From the IMG/VR virus record IMGVR_UViG_3300010352_001543: DNA of 64,000 bases. One strand, written 5' to 3'. Position numbers and translations under genes: made by a program. This document shows positions 1 through 10,045 of this stretch, one piece after another (the stretch's first letter is position 1; every line of letters starts with the position of its first letter). The stretch comes from a virus. Its lineage: Duplodnaviria; Caudoviricetes. A model generated the notes under the pieces. It did no database searches. It saw only the letters and a list, made by a program, of their open reading frames with translations, and was not told the origin of the DNA.

Positions 1-298
1 TTAGGTATCGAACTATATAAAACGAATTCTGTTCCGGATGGTAAATATTTAGACCATCTTTTTAATGCTTTTCTGAAAGCTTTAACAGTATGCACTGTTT
101 TACAGGCATTGGAACAATCACAACCAATATTTCGATAAGATTCTATTTCTTCTATACTGTCCCAAAGTTCAGCTCTAATTTTTGGCTTATCTGGAAAAGC
201 GACTCTACTGTAAAACCATATATTGATGTCTTTAGCCACAACGTGCATAAATTTACTACGTTTTATTCTATTGTTCTTTTGTGCTTCGTATTTTAGTT

Positions 299-514
299 TC
301 ATATTTGAAATCCTTCTGGATATTTGGTTGTAAGTGGTCTGTAATCACCATAACCCTTTTGTCCACAAGCAGGACATATCATTGTAGGAATAACATTATT
401 ATGAAAATTTTCATCATCATATCCACGTTGCTCAATTTCAAAATCACAAAATTCACAAACATAAATTGCTCGGAAGTCCCTTCTATGCTGGCTCGTTATT
501 TCTTTAATTTTCAT
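299..514 (-). CDS. small zinc-ribbon protein
   Basis: CEFC...CPAC pairs in 71 aa. Confidence 0.55.
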   Translation of the reverse strand: MKIKEITSQHRRDFRAIYVCEFCDFEIEQRGYDDENFHNNVIPTMICPACGQKGYGDYRPLTTKYPEGFQI

Positions 515-804
515 TTTCTATAATTCCGCTAACTGTTTTTCTAGAATTTCCAGTTTGTTTTTGTTATGATTGTAGATCAAATCCAAAACAGCATCTGCTA
601 ATTCAATATCTGTAGTTAATACTTGAAATACTCTGCTTCTGTTACTTGCTATTCCATAATAGTATTTCATAAAACCGATAGATTCATATCCGGTATCGTA
701 TGCACCCTTTGAATCAACTCTATTATCTATCAAATAATTGATATCTCTAAGTTGAGTTATCTTGTTTCTCAAATCATTTGCTTGTTGTAATGTTTCTAAT
801 TCCA

Positions 805-1035
805 TTATATAACCACTTCCCTAAGTTTTGAACAACTAACACATCTATATCTTTCTTCTGTAATTCCTTCTTGAAATCCACTACAGAAGAATGGAAAAGT
901 TTTATCTTCGTAATGTAATTCTTGTAATGTAATTCTAAAATCATCACATGATGGTGAACATATAGAATTATTTAACGGATCAACCGTTATTTCAGCTTCT
1001 CTTAAAGCTACGATTATTTTCTTACCGTCAGTCAT
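805..1035 (-). CDS. Cys-rich small protein (paralog of 35831..36034 and 40661..40855)
   Basis: CxxxC...C...RCxxC pattern shared with the other two ORFs. Confidence 0.5.
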   Translation of the reverse strand: MTDGKKIIVALREAEITVDPLNNSICSPSCDDFRITLQELHYEDKTFPFFCSGFQEGITEERYRCVSCSKLREVVI

Positions 1036-1471
1036 TTTCTACTTCCATTTACCGTTTTTAAATCTGATTTTCCGAATACTATCCCTGAATTCTTGTTTAA
1101 CTTCTTCAGTGAAGCTATAACTTGGTGTAATAAAATTGTGCATATTGCCAAATTTTACTTCAATAGGCATCATGCTTATCATTTCTTGGTATTTTTCCAA
1201 AGCAAATTTTATCATCTCTGGGTAACTTTCTATTATGTCAATATGCTTATTGTTAAGATCAACTACTCCACGTCCGAGTTTTTTATCACCATTAATCCTA
1301 CTTCTTAAAACTCTCATATTATACTGAAACTCAGAACATGCTAAACCTATCTTAAGACCATCCATCACTGTTAAATTATCTTCGTTTTCTTTGACCCAGT
1401 CGATAAAGAATGGTCCAACAGAAGCAGCTTCTTGATCAGGGAAGATCAAAAAGTTGGAAATGTTAAAATCT

Positions 1472-1735
1472 TTATGCATCTTCATCCTCGTCATCATAAT
1501 ATTCATCTTCGTCTTCAAATGGATCAAAAGTATTTTCAGTTAATGTATAAAGAAGATGATTATAATCACCGGAAGTACATTCAGCTATAACAGCATCGAT
1601 TTCTGCTTTTGGTGTTCCTTGTTCTTTTGCTGCTGATTTAAATGCTCCTATTAAACTAAAAGCGTTTCCATCTAATCCTACAAGTTGTAATTCAACTAAT
1701 TCGGTTACTTTCTTTAAATCATTCATTTTTTTCAA
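1472..1735 (-). CDS. conserved phage hypothetical (LVGLDGNAF motif); paralog of 14478..14771
   Basis: EQGTPKxEIDAVIxEC shared; first gene after a promoter motif. Confidence 0.6.
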   Translation of the reverse strand: MKKMNDLKKVTELVELQLVGLDGNAFSLIGAFKSAAKEQGTPKAEIDAVIAECTSGDYNHLLYTLTENTFDPFEDEDEYYDDEDEDA

Positions 1736-1773
1736 ATCCTCTAAAATTATTAGTTTGTTATTTAAATATAATA

Positions 1774-1803
1774 TATAGACGTTGCAATTGGAATTTTATT
1801 GTA
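1774..1803 (-). promoter_or_regulatory. bipartite promoter TACAAT-N16-CGTC
   Basis: one of 18 fixed-spacing copies. Confidence 0.75.
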
Positions 1804-1877
1804 ACAAAAAAGAAAAATAATTAAAAAGATGTCTTTAATTTTCGATCATCAAAGGCATCTTATCATCGGAGAAATAT

Positions 1878-2813
1878 TTATATAGCAGAAATATCTGCTC
1901 GTCTCATTTTCTTTTTAATCTCTTCTAAATCACTTACATTCTCAATGGAAATCAATGGCGCCGGTTCTGGGAGAACTTCAATACACCGTCCAAGCTCATC
2001 CGTTATATCTTTTTTAAGTACCCATTTAGTTTTTCCCAACATCGAAGGAACAAATTCATAACATATTGAAGTGTCTGTTATTTCTAAAATCCGGATACAT
2101 CTTACATCATAATGTTCAGGTGTATTTCTTTTGAATAAATACCGATATCCAGCAATATATTCAGTAACTAATGGTTTTGAAATATACGCTACATACAATC
2201 CATTCCACCAATTTTTCATATCACCATTATAATCAGCGGGTAGTTCAGTTTCCCAAAGAACATTGTATCCCAAATCTTCGAACGCCATTCGGGTTCCTTC
2301 TTTTGCGTTTCTGTCATTCCAATCATCGACTATGCATATAAACCTATCTTCCAAAAATGGATTCAAATAAATAAATGCATTGTACTGGTCAGACTCGGTA
2401 TGAGCCCCGTCATAGAAATAAACATTGAATTTATCAAACTCGGAGTAATCAATATTTTTGAAATCATTATTTATAAGCAGTGATTTATTATGCCCTAAGT
2501 AGGTTTTGATATTATTCCATGAAATATCGAGCATGTCGGCTGCTTCTTCACCGCTTAAAAATTCAGAGAAATTATCCACCGCAATTGATTTGTTAGTTTC
2601 ATTGTTATAGTTTGCTGATATGAAAGTAGAACCTTTCCATATTCCAACTTCTAAATAATTAGTGTTTTCATGAAGATGGAGAAGGTTATTTAGAAAATGC
2701 CTTACCTTAGGACTTGACATTCCGGGCAGTTCTAAAATTTCCTTTGTTAATTGTGATTCTCCCAATTCAGCCAGCTGAATTGATTTTTCAATTATTTCTA
2801 TTGTTTTGTTCAT
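1878..2813 (-). CDS. class I SAM-dependent methyltransferase fused to a C-terminal domain homologous to ORF 2788..3093
   Basis: YLEVGIWKGST, FYDGAH, IVDDW motifs; C-terminal ILEITDTSICY vs VLMITETSICY. Confidence 0.75.
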   Translation of the reverse strand: MNKTIEIIEKSIQLAELGESQLTKEILELPGMSSPKVRHFLNNLLHLHENTNYLEVGIWKGSTFISANYNNETNKSIAVDNFSEFLSGEEAADMLDISWNNIKTYLGHNKSLLINNDFKNIDYSEFDKFNVYFYDGAHTESDQYNAFIYLNPFLEDRFICIVDDWNDRNAKEGTRMAFEDLGYNVLWETELPADYNGDMKNWWNGLYVAYISKPLVTEYIAGYRYLFKRNTPEHYDVRCIRILEITDTSICYEFVPSMLGKTKWVLKKDITDELGRCIEVLPEPAPLISIENVSDLEEIKKKMRRADISAI

Positions 2814-4835
2814 TTTGTTTTATAGCCCATTTTAGTTCATCTTCGTTATTTCTCTTCTTAGCATCAGTTGGGTCAGCAAACCACTCAATAATTTTGTATT
2901 GATAATCTAATTTTTCTTTTGTTTCCCATGCAGAACTACCTTGAATGGAATTATCAGGACAGTACATTTTATAACAAATTGAAGTTTCTGTTATCATTAA
3001 AACCTCTATTGCTTCGAGAAATGAAGTGCTTCGAAGCTGCAACAGGTAACATATACCTGTTTGCATATCCTTTGCATATAATTGTTCTTCCATTAAAATT
3101 TCCTAATGAATTATTATTCCACTACCTTCTTTGGTTTCAGTGTCTTCATCCAATGTTTCTAAGTCGGTTAAATAAGAAAAGAAAGCATCTTTGATAGATT
3201 CTATGATCATGTCTATGAATCCATTTACTGAATCTATAAACTGGTGTTTTCTGGTTTCTTCATCTTCAATTAATTCAATTGCTTTAGTTGCGATGTCTTT
3301 GGAGCCGAATACTCTACCGGTGAATTCTTCTTGTAAAAATTCTTCACTGTCATATACTATGACGAAATAATCATTAAATTCTTTTGAATTTTCAGATACG
3401 AAAGTTGCTAATTGCTTGTTCATTTTTAAGTTTCCTTGTTTTTATTGTTTTTGGATGGACCACTCTGATCTATCCGTTTTTTATTTCTTTTTATAATAAC
3501 CACAAAAATAGTTAGTTATTATCATAATGATCTCACCTACAATAATACCAATCAAAAAATATTTCATTTTTGCTCTCCGTTGTAAATTTTTAGGTGTTCG
3601 TGAGATAAGTAAGAGATCGTGTCAATCTCCGCTGGTATGATAATTCTCATCAGTGCATTGTCATTTCTATTATTCTTCAACATCCGGATGGAGTCATCTA
3701 TCTCAGTAATGACAAATTCAGGAGCTCCAAATTTTCTACATAATTCTTTCTTGCGTTTGATTTCATCTATGGCATTTTGGTTATTGGTTCGCCCGGAAGT
3801 AAATACCAAAAAATTAATTGATATGAAAATCAAAACTTCTAAGAGGATGATCCATATTTTTTTAGTTCTAATCTTCATTTTCATTTTTCCTATAAATTTT
3901 ACTCATCAAATCCATCAATGATTGCTCCAACTGGTTTTCTTGAAATTGTTGGAACAAACTCATATGTAATGATAACATAAATGATGGAGATGCTTTGGTA
4001 ATATTAACCGGTATTACCTTTGTGCCCTCGGTGTCCTTCGTTACTTCTAAAATAGGAAAATTTAATTCTTCTCCGGTTACATTATGAGAAGCAGTTACCG
4101 TTATTTTATTATTTTCTAATTTAAACTGGGCCATTGTTGAGATCCTCTAATTTTTGTAATTTTTTGGTTAAATTAATATATTTAATCAATTCTTGTAATA
4201 AGTCATTCAATAATTTTAGTTGCTTTGCTGTTACCCTTATACTAACTACTAAATTTAATGTAGAGCATATTTGGAAGTTGATAAAATTGTTCACTTGATA
4301 AAATATTTTTAACTCGGTATTAGGTGTTAAACTATCATAGTAAGTTCCTATGTGTCCAAAACATTTTTCTTTTTGATTAATTTTATAATTTAATCCATTT
4401 ATGCTACTGCATAAGGTTCTGAAGTCAACCATTGTCAAAACAATATGACCACAAACATTCAAGTAGTCTAATCTTATAATAACATAATCGTTGTCTCTTC
4501 CATCTCCAGAATAATCAATTTGGATTGAACTTAAGCAATCCGAATGAAATGCCATATATCCATCTGATTTGGTTATTCTATACATATTCATCAAACTCCC
4601 AATTACTTATATCTTCTGCTTTGTATTCATACTCTTTCACCGCCTGTTCCAACATAGGATCAGGGTCAACCAAGTCCGGGTCAAAATCCGGGATTTCTAC
4701 GTATATGTTAAACGTGACTGTTATCCTGGCTTTGACCATTGGTCGGTCATCTCTTTCATACTCATATTTTTCATCTTCAGCTAGAAACATTTTATTTACC
4801 TCTAAAATTATTAATTGTTATTTTAATTTATATAG

Positions 4836-4865
4836 TATAGACGTTGCAATTGAAATTTTATTGTA
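4836..4865 (-). promoter_or_regulatory. promoter TACAAT-N16-CGTC
   Basis: motif copy. Confidence 0.75.
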
Positions 4866-4874
4866 TATAAAAAC

Positions 4875-4904
4875 AAAAAAGATTCGGAATTTCTTCCGAA
4901 TCTT
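4875..4904 (-). terminator. intrinsic terminator
   Basis: AAGATTCGGAA...TTCCGAATCTT plus U-tract. Confidence 0.65.
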
Positions 4905-5532
4905 ATAAAAAAGAAAAATTATGAAAAGTAAAACATGTAAAAAGAAAAGAATGAAAGTTATTTTAAAGGAAAGGAATCAAGTTGTTTCTTGATTATAGTA
5001 TATATTAACAACAACTGTTCATCATTCAAAGTAATTTCTAAATCATCCTTGTTATAAGCACTTTGAAAAATTAAAATTGTCTTATCTTCATCAAATATGG
5101 CTTTAATGGTGTTTTTATTATTCCTGCCATCGTCCCGACAATCGGTGAAATCAAATTCCAATTCACTGAATTTAAATTGACCATGTTTTATAGCATTATT
5201 TAAAAACTCCATGAACATTTTTACCTGATGTTTGAAAACAGTTTCCATAATGACTTTGAACTTGTCTGATGTAATTTTTAAGTAATGGTACCCTGCCGCT
5301 TCATTGGTGGATCGGGACATTAGCTGAATTTTTAATTTTGTTTTTTTATTTTTCTTCAAGCAATTAACAAAAGAAACCGGTCCGGTAGGTTCCAGTTCTG
5401 TTTCTTCTAATTGTTCATTTAATATTGAAAGTTTTTGCATTTTTTAATTTGTTCTGTTTTTGCCGGTTATTTCTAAGAAAGCCTTGTCCAATTCTTTTTC
5501 GTTTTTAAATGTTTCATAATTTATTTCTGAAG

Positions 5533-5562
5533 TATAGACGTAACAATTTAATTTTTATTGTA
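5533..5562 (-). promoter_or_regulatory. promoter TACAAT-N16-CGTC
   Basis: motif copy. Confidence 0.7.
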
Positions 5563-5567
5563 AATTT

Positions 5568-5978
5568 CTATTTACCCCAACCAACTTTTTCTAACGCCTT
5601 TAAAAAATTTTCTAATGATTTTCTGATCAGTGCTTCATAAGTACCTCCATTAATATCATTCTTATTTAATAATACTATTATATCTTCTAAACATTTTTCT
5701 ATTTCCTTTTTATTAGAAGGTAATTTACATGAACCGTATGTTCTTCCACTAGACATCCAAACTAGAAAAAAACTAGTAGAATTTCCATCTGGGTGATCTC
5801 CTTTGCCTTTATAATTAACTAATCCACCTGTGAAAAACTCAAAGTTATAAACTATAGATCGTTCATCATTATAAATTGTGTAGTCTGCTGATTTTTCTTT
5901 ACCGGTAAAACGGATGGAACCGGTTTTATAAGTTTTTTCTTCATTTAAGAATTCTTCTCTTGTTTTTAAGTGTTTCAT
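5568..5978 (-). CDS. hypothetical protein with capsid-targeting-like leader
   Basis: N-terminus MKHLKTREEFLNEE. Confidence 0.55.
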   Translation of the reverse strand: MKHLKTREEFLNEEKTYKTGSIRFTGKEKSADYTIYNDERSIVYNFEFFTGGLVNYKGKGDHPDGNSTSFFLVWMSSGRTYGSCKLPSNKKEIEKCLEDIIVLLNKNDINGGTYEALIRKSLENFLKALEKVGWGK

Positions 5979-5995
5979 ATTTTTATCTTTTTATG

Positions 5996-6598
5996 TTAAG
6001 CAACATTATCTTGAATATACTTGATCAAACGAGATAAATCCGTGCCCCAATGATCTTCGGGAAATTCTTTAGTTGTTAAATCTTTCCATTTAGGGTTAGC
6101 ATAATCTTTAATTTTAGCACCTTTTGGATACTCTATTATAGCAGGTGAATTTAGACCATCATAATTCAATGAGCCCAAAACAAAAAATCCACCTTTATTG
6201 TTTTTCAAAGCCATACCATCCGTACTGCTTTTACTCCATTTACCGTCGATTTCTCTTTGATAGTAAATACAAGGAACATATACTGGATCACAATGTAGTA
6301 TAAATTCTACATCATCTTTTCTTTTTTTGATTAATTTCCATAAATTGTCTACTTCCGATAGTTCTTCTTCTGTTCTTATAATACTATCGGGTTTGATAGT
6401 TTTTGATTCATTTAAGAATTCTTCTCTTGTTTTTACATGGTTCATAATTTTTACTTTTTTGTTATTAATTTTAATTTCAATATCAGGCAGCATACCATCG
6501 AAATATTCTCTATTAAATTTTTTATATAAGTCTTTAATATCATTGGAAACCGACAGCTTCTCGTTGATGGACTCAATATAGTTATATATAGTTTGCAT
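5996..6598 (-). CDS. CTS-leader protein; SprT-like N-terminal remnant fused to a second leader (alternative start 6445)
   Basis: MQTIYNYIESINE...LYKKFNREYFDGMLP without HExxH, then MNHVKTREEFLNES. Confidence 0.5.
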   Translation of the reverse strand: MQTIYNYIESINEKLSVSNDIKDLYKKFNREYFDGMLPDIEIKINNKKVKIMNHVKTREEFLNESKTIKPDSIIRTEEELSEVDNLWKLIKKRKDDVEFILHCDPVYVPCIYYQREIDGKWSKSSTDGMALKNNKGGFFVLGSLNYDGLNSPAIIEYPKGAKIKDYANPKWKDLTTKEFPEDHWGTDLSRLIKYIQDNVA

Positions 6599-6599
6599 A

Positions 6600-7127
6600 C
6601 TATGAATTTTGTTTCTTTTTACTTCTACCGGCATACTCTTCGATATCCTCTTTAATAGTGTCATAGAAATCTTCTATGTGATCGAAAACAGCAATCAGAT
6701 GTTTACATAAAGCACCTTCTAAGTTTGGATTTTTGATTTCAGGTGGCCTGTCTTCCGGGCGGATTCCATAATCATCAACATCCGCCATATATTGGTAGCC
6801 ATGAAATAAAAAGTCCTGGCAAGAACAATAAACATGAATATCACCAGCCTGTATAGCGGTTTCTATTTTTTCTTTGGTATCATATTTCTTCGATCTACTT
6901 ATTTGCCGGTAGTCAGGAATTCTAACCATTATGTTATGTTCTGTTCCGCTACCATTTGGATCAGTCGCGATAAATTTCAGTGTTTTTATTCTATCGTTTT
7001 TTACACGATGAGCCATTCCAGTATACCTAACTTGGATTTCCTTTGCTCTTGTTTTGCGTTTGCCTTCTGAATTTTTGATTAACTCATGTAGCATTCGCTC
7101 ATCTAATATGTTTGAAAGTATTTTCAT
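6600..7127 (-). CDS. SWIM zinc-finger protein
   Basis: VYCSCQDF...LCKHLIAV. Confidence 0.75.
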   Translation of the reverse strand: MKILSNILDERMLHELIKNSEGKRKTRAKEIQVRYTGMAHRVKNDRIKTLKFIATDPNGSGTEHNIMVRIPDYRQISRSKKYDTKEKIETAIQAGDIHVYCSCQDFLFHGYQYMADVDDYGIRPEDRPPEIKNPNLEGALCKHLIAVFDHIEDFYDTIKEDIEEYAGRSKKKQNS

Positions 7128-7130
7128 ATA

Positions 7131-7973
7131 TTATATATTTAAGTCCGGTTCCGGAAGAAATTGTAAGTCCAGCGCATTTTTAAAATCTTCAAGTATCTGT
7201 TCTTTAAGGCCACCGAACAAATTAAATTTTGGATTATCCAAAACAGCCAACAGCGATTCATATGTTTTAGCATCTTCTATAGTAAAAGTTGGCCCAAGAA
7301 TTATATGAACCAATTCCTCTGGGTCATTAGTGATTATCTCTAAAACTGTTTTGGATGCTGTTTTTCTTATCTGTCCTTTTTTACCAACATATGAATATTT
7401 GGTTTTTTTCAATCCTTTGGAAAGGTCCAGCGCATATCGATCCATCTCTTTTATTTCACCATCTTTGTTATACGCTATAGAAAAAATAAAATTTCTCGCT
7501 ATGGCAATCAAAAGAATATTTCTATAGTAACTTTTGTACTTCGATTCATTTATTCTGTAGTCCGGAGAATAGCTTGCAAATTTTGTCCATTCGATTGAGT
7601 CGGTTAACATCAAATCCACTTGAACAAATTCCTTTTTCGTATAAGGAATAGGAAAAGCAATTGAAACTATATTGAAACCAATTGTCAGTTTCACTTCAAG
7701 ATCAAAAGCATTTTCTAATGCTTCTTTCAAAACATTCAAAACATCTTCATACTTACAATTCAGTACATTACAAAGTGCTTGTTTGTCCACCGCTATGTCA
7801 AGGTCTCCTGAAAGGTCATCAATTCCTGGTTTCTTTCCGGCAGAACCTACTAAAGCGTATTGATTTTTGTTTAGCCCCATAACAAAGAAAAATTGACTTA
7901 CTACAGCATAGTAGGTTTTATCAACTTCGTATTGTTTTATTGGTCGAGTGTATTCAAAAAGATTCCCACCCAT
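7131..7973 (-). CDS. Pol-beta-superfamily nucleotidyltransferase
   Basis: GSAGKK...SGDLDIAV and VQVDLM motifs. Confidence 0.75.
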   Translation of the reverse strand: MGGNLFEYTRPIKQYEVDKTYYAVVSQFFFVMGLNKNQYALVGSAGKKPGIDDLSGDLDIAVDKQALCNVLNCKYEDVLNVLKEALENAFDLEVKLTIGFNIVSIAFPIPYTKKEFVQVDLMLTDSIEWTKFASYSPDYRINESKYKSYYRNILLIAIARNFIFSIAYNKDGEIKEMDRYALDLSKGLKKTKYSYVGKKGQIRKTASKTVLEIITNDPEELVHIILGPTFTIEDAKTYESLLAVLDNPKFNLFGGLKEQILEDFKNALDLQFLPEPDLNI

Positions 7974-8139
7974 TTCTTGTTCCTATTAATTGTTAGACAT
8001 GTTCATATTTCTGTTTTGCTTTGTTGTTATATGGATTTCGATACTCATTTAACCTTACAATAGCAGAAATTATCAAAAATCTCATATAAGCGATTTATGA
8101 GATCATTTTATAGACGAATACATTTAAAAATTATTGTTT

Positions 8140-9066
8140 TTATTTTACAAATACTTTGCCACTTACATGACAAACTGTCCGGACATATTCCTCTGTGAAA
8201 TCTTCTTCATTGTCAGCGCAGTAGTAATTTTTCTTCACTGAAATTGGACCATCTTCTAATGTTTCTAAATAGTTTCCAACACAATAAAAACTTCCATCTA
8301 TCTTTTCGGTTACACCTTTTAAACTTGTTAATTTGTTATTATAACAAGCATAATCACCATCAACAAACAGTGGACCATTCAATATTTCTGTTAATTGATT
8401 ATCTCCGCAATTAAATTCTCCTTTAACTTGTCGCGGAAAATTAGTGGAATATTTTAGATTGTTTTCGCTACAATTGAAATCTCCAGAAATGTAACCAAAT
8501 TGAATAGGTAATGTATCTTCATAGTATCTTTTAATCTTAACATCGCCATGAACATGACAAACACCATTGGTTATCTCAAAAGTTCCTTTAACCCAAGATT
8601 TTATCAATTTAGTTAATGTAACATCTGCTGGTATAAATATCTTAGAAGGGTCTAAATGGTTACTTTTTAAAATCTCTTTTACTCTGCTTGATACATCCCA
8701 GTTGGTATTATCATATCTATATCTACTTTTAGACCAACCATTAGACCCATTAGCATACGCTTTAAACATCCCATTAGCAAAAACAAAAACAGCATAAAAA
8801 TCTGTTATTATTTTTTCTTCTTCTCTATCTACATAATTATTCACTACAATATAGTACTCGGTAGTTTCTAATTGTAAAGGTGAGCTATCTAAATTATAAT
8901 CTTTGAATAAACCACCGAATGTTGTTTTATTATCTATCAAAAATTGTCGAGCTTCGTCTTGTGATGTTGGATGAAAAATAAGCAAAGTGTTAGATTTATA
9001 CACTATTGGAAGATTATTTTTAGTTACAATTAACTCTTCATTTATTATAGTTGAAATAGTTTTCAT
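8140..9066 (-). CDS. leucine-rich-repeat-like protein
   Basis: repeated GxFxCxxNxLxxLxxxP units at the C-terminus; leader MKTISTIINEE. Confidence 0.7.
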   Translation of the reverse strand: MKTISTIINEELIVTKNNLPIVYKSNTLLIFHPTSQDEARQFLIDNKTTFGGLFKDYNLDSSPLQLETTEYYIVVNNYVDREEEKIITDFYAVFVFANGMFKAYANGSNGWSKSRYRYDNTNWDVSSRVKEILKSNHLDPSKIFIPADVTLTKLIKSWVKGTFEITNGVCHVHGDVKIKRYYEDTLPIQFGYISGDFNCSENNLKYSTNFPRQVKGEFNCGDNQLTEILNGPLFVDGDYACYNNKLTSLKGVTEKIDGSFYCVGNYLETLEDGPISVKKNYYCADNEEDFTEEYVRTVCHVSGKVFVK

Positions 9067-9092
9067 TTGTTTAATTTTTATAGTATATATTT

Positions 9093-9182
9093 TTAATTAC
9101 AATGACCTGTGGTTCCGCCGCAATGTCCGCTCATTATTGTTTCGATAATTTTCGAAATTTTTCTTAATAATTTGGTGTACAT
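9093..9182 (-). CDS. 29-aa peptide MYTKLLRKISKIIETIMSGHCGGTTGHCN, candidate radical-SAM substrate (not in ORF track)
   Basis: ATG 2 nt after the rSAM stop; tandem GHC motifs. Confidence 0.6.
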   Translation of the reverse strand: MYTKLLRKISKIIETIMSGHCGGTTGHCN

Positions 9183-9184
9183 TT

Positions 9185-10045
9185 TCATCTCCATTGATTA
9201 GTTAAATTGCCATTTTCATAAATAACTCCATATTTATTTTGTCCTGGTCTGCTTAATAATTTGCTTACTACCTTAACACCATCCATAAACGATGCTTTTA
9301 AAGTTTCTTCACATAGAAAACAAGAACGTTTCAAAAGTAGCGGAGTTCTTAAACCTGGTATAATTTTGGTAGTGTCCAAAAAAGACTGACAACCATGATA
9401 AAAAGGTGAGCCTAAATCTATTCCGAATGTCTTTTCAAATGAAACGAAATGATTCTTACCGTGTTGAATTTCAGAAAGTTTAATCTCATTAAATCCCATT
9501 TTATCGTAATGTAACAAGCAATTAGTTATATCCTCTTTTGTATATAAGTGAGGTTTTACTATATTCAAATTGATTCTTATTTTTTCCTTGTTGGGTAATG
9601 AATCGTAAAATTTTTGCCTATCATATTTTGATTTTACTTTCCGAATGTCATCCGCTACATCTTCTTTGTAATGTTGAACGGAAAGATTGATTCCATCTAA
9701 ATTTTCCATTAGTTCAACAAATAAATCGAACCTGTCTTTACATATTTTCGGAACGGCCGTAGTGACATAAATTTTAAGGTTGGTTTTTTCCTTGATTTGT
9801 TTTACACAGTCCAGCAATTCAGGTAAATACAAACAAGGTTCTCCTCCTAAAAATAAGACATCATCATATCCGGATTGATTTTCAACTATTGTCTTTACGA
9901 TTGCACTTACATCCGGTTTATAAATACCTAAACCATCGTATTTCAGATCAATGCAATGATCACATCTATTGTCACAAGCGCTGGTGAAATGCACATCGAA
10001 AGAGTTGTACAAACCATCACAACAATTTTTCTGTAATTTTTTCAT
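9185..10045 (-). CDS. radical SAM protein
   Basis: CDNRCDHC (CxxxCxxC), LGGEP; extra Cys at NCCD, HGC, SCFLC. Confidence 0.9.
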   Translation of the reverse strand: MKKLQKNCCDGLYNSFDVHFTSACDNRCDHCIDLKYDGLGIYKPDVSAIVKTIVENQSGYDDVLFLGGEPCLYLPELLDCVKQIKEKTNLKIYVTTAVPKICKDRFDLFVELMENLDGINLSVQHYKEDVADDIRKVKSKYDRQKFYDSLPNKEKIRINLNIVKPHLYTKEDITNCLLHYDKMGFNEIKLSEIQHGKNHFVSFEKTFGIDLGSPFYHGCQSFLDTTKIIPGLRTPLLLKRSCFLCEETLKASFMDGVKVVSKLLSRPGQNKYGVIYENGNLTNQWR

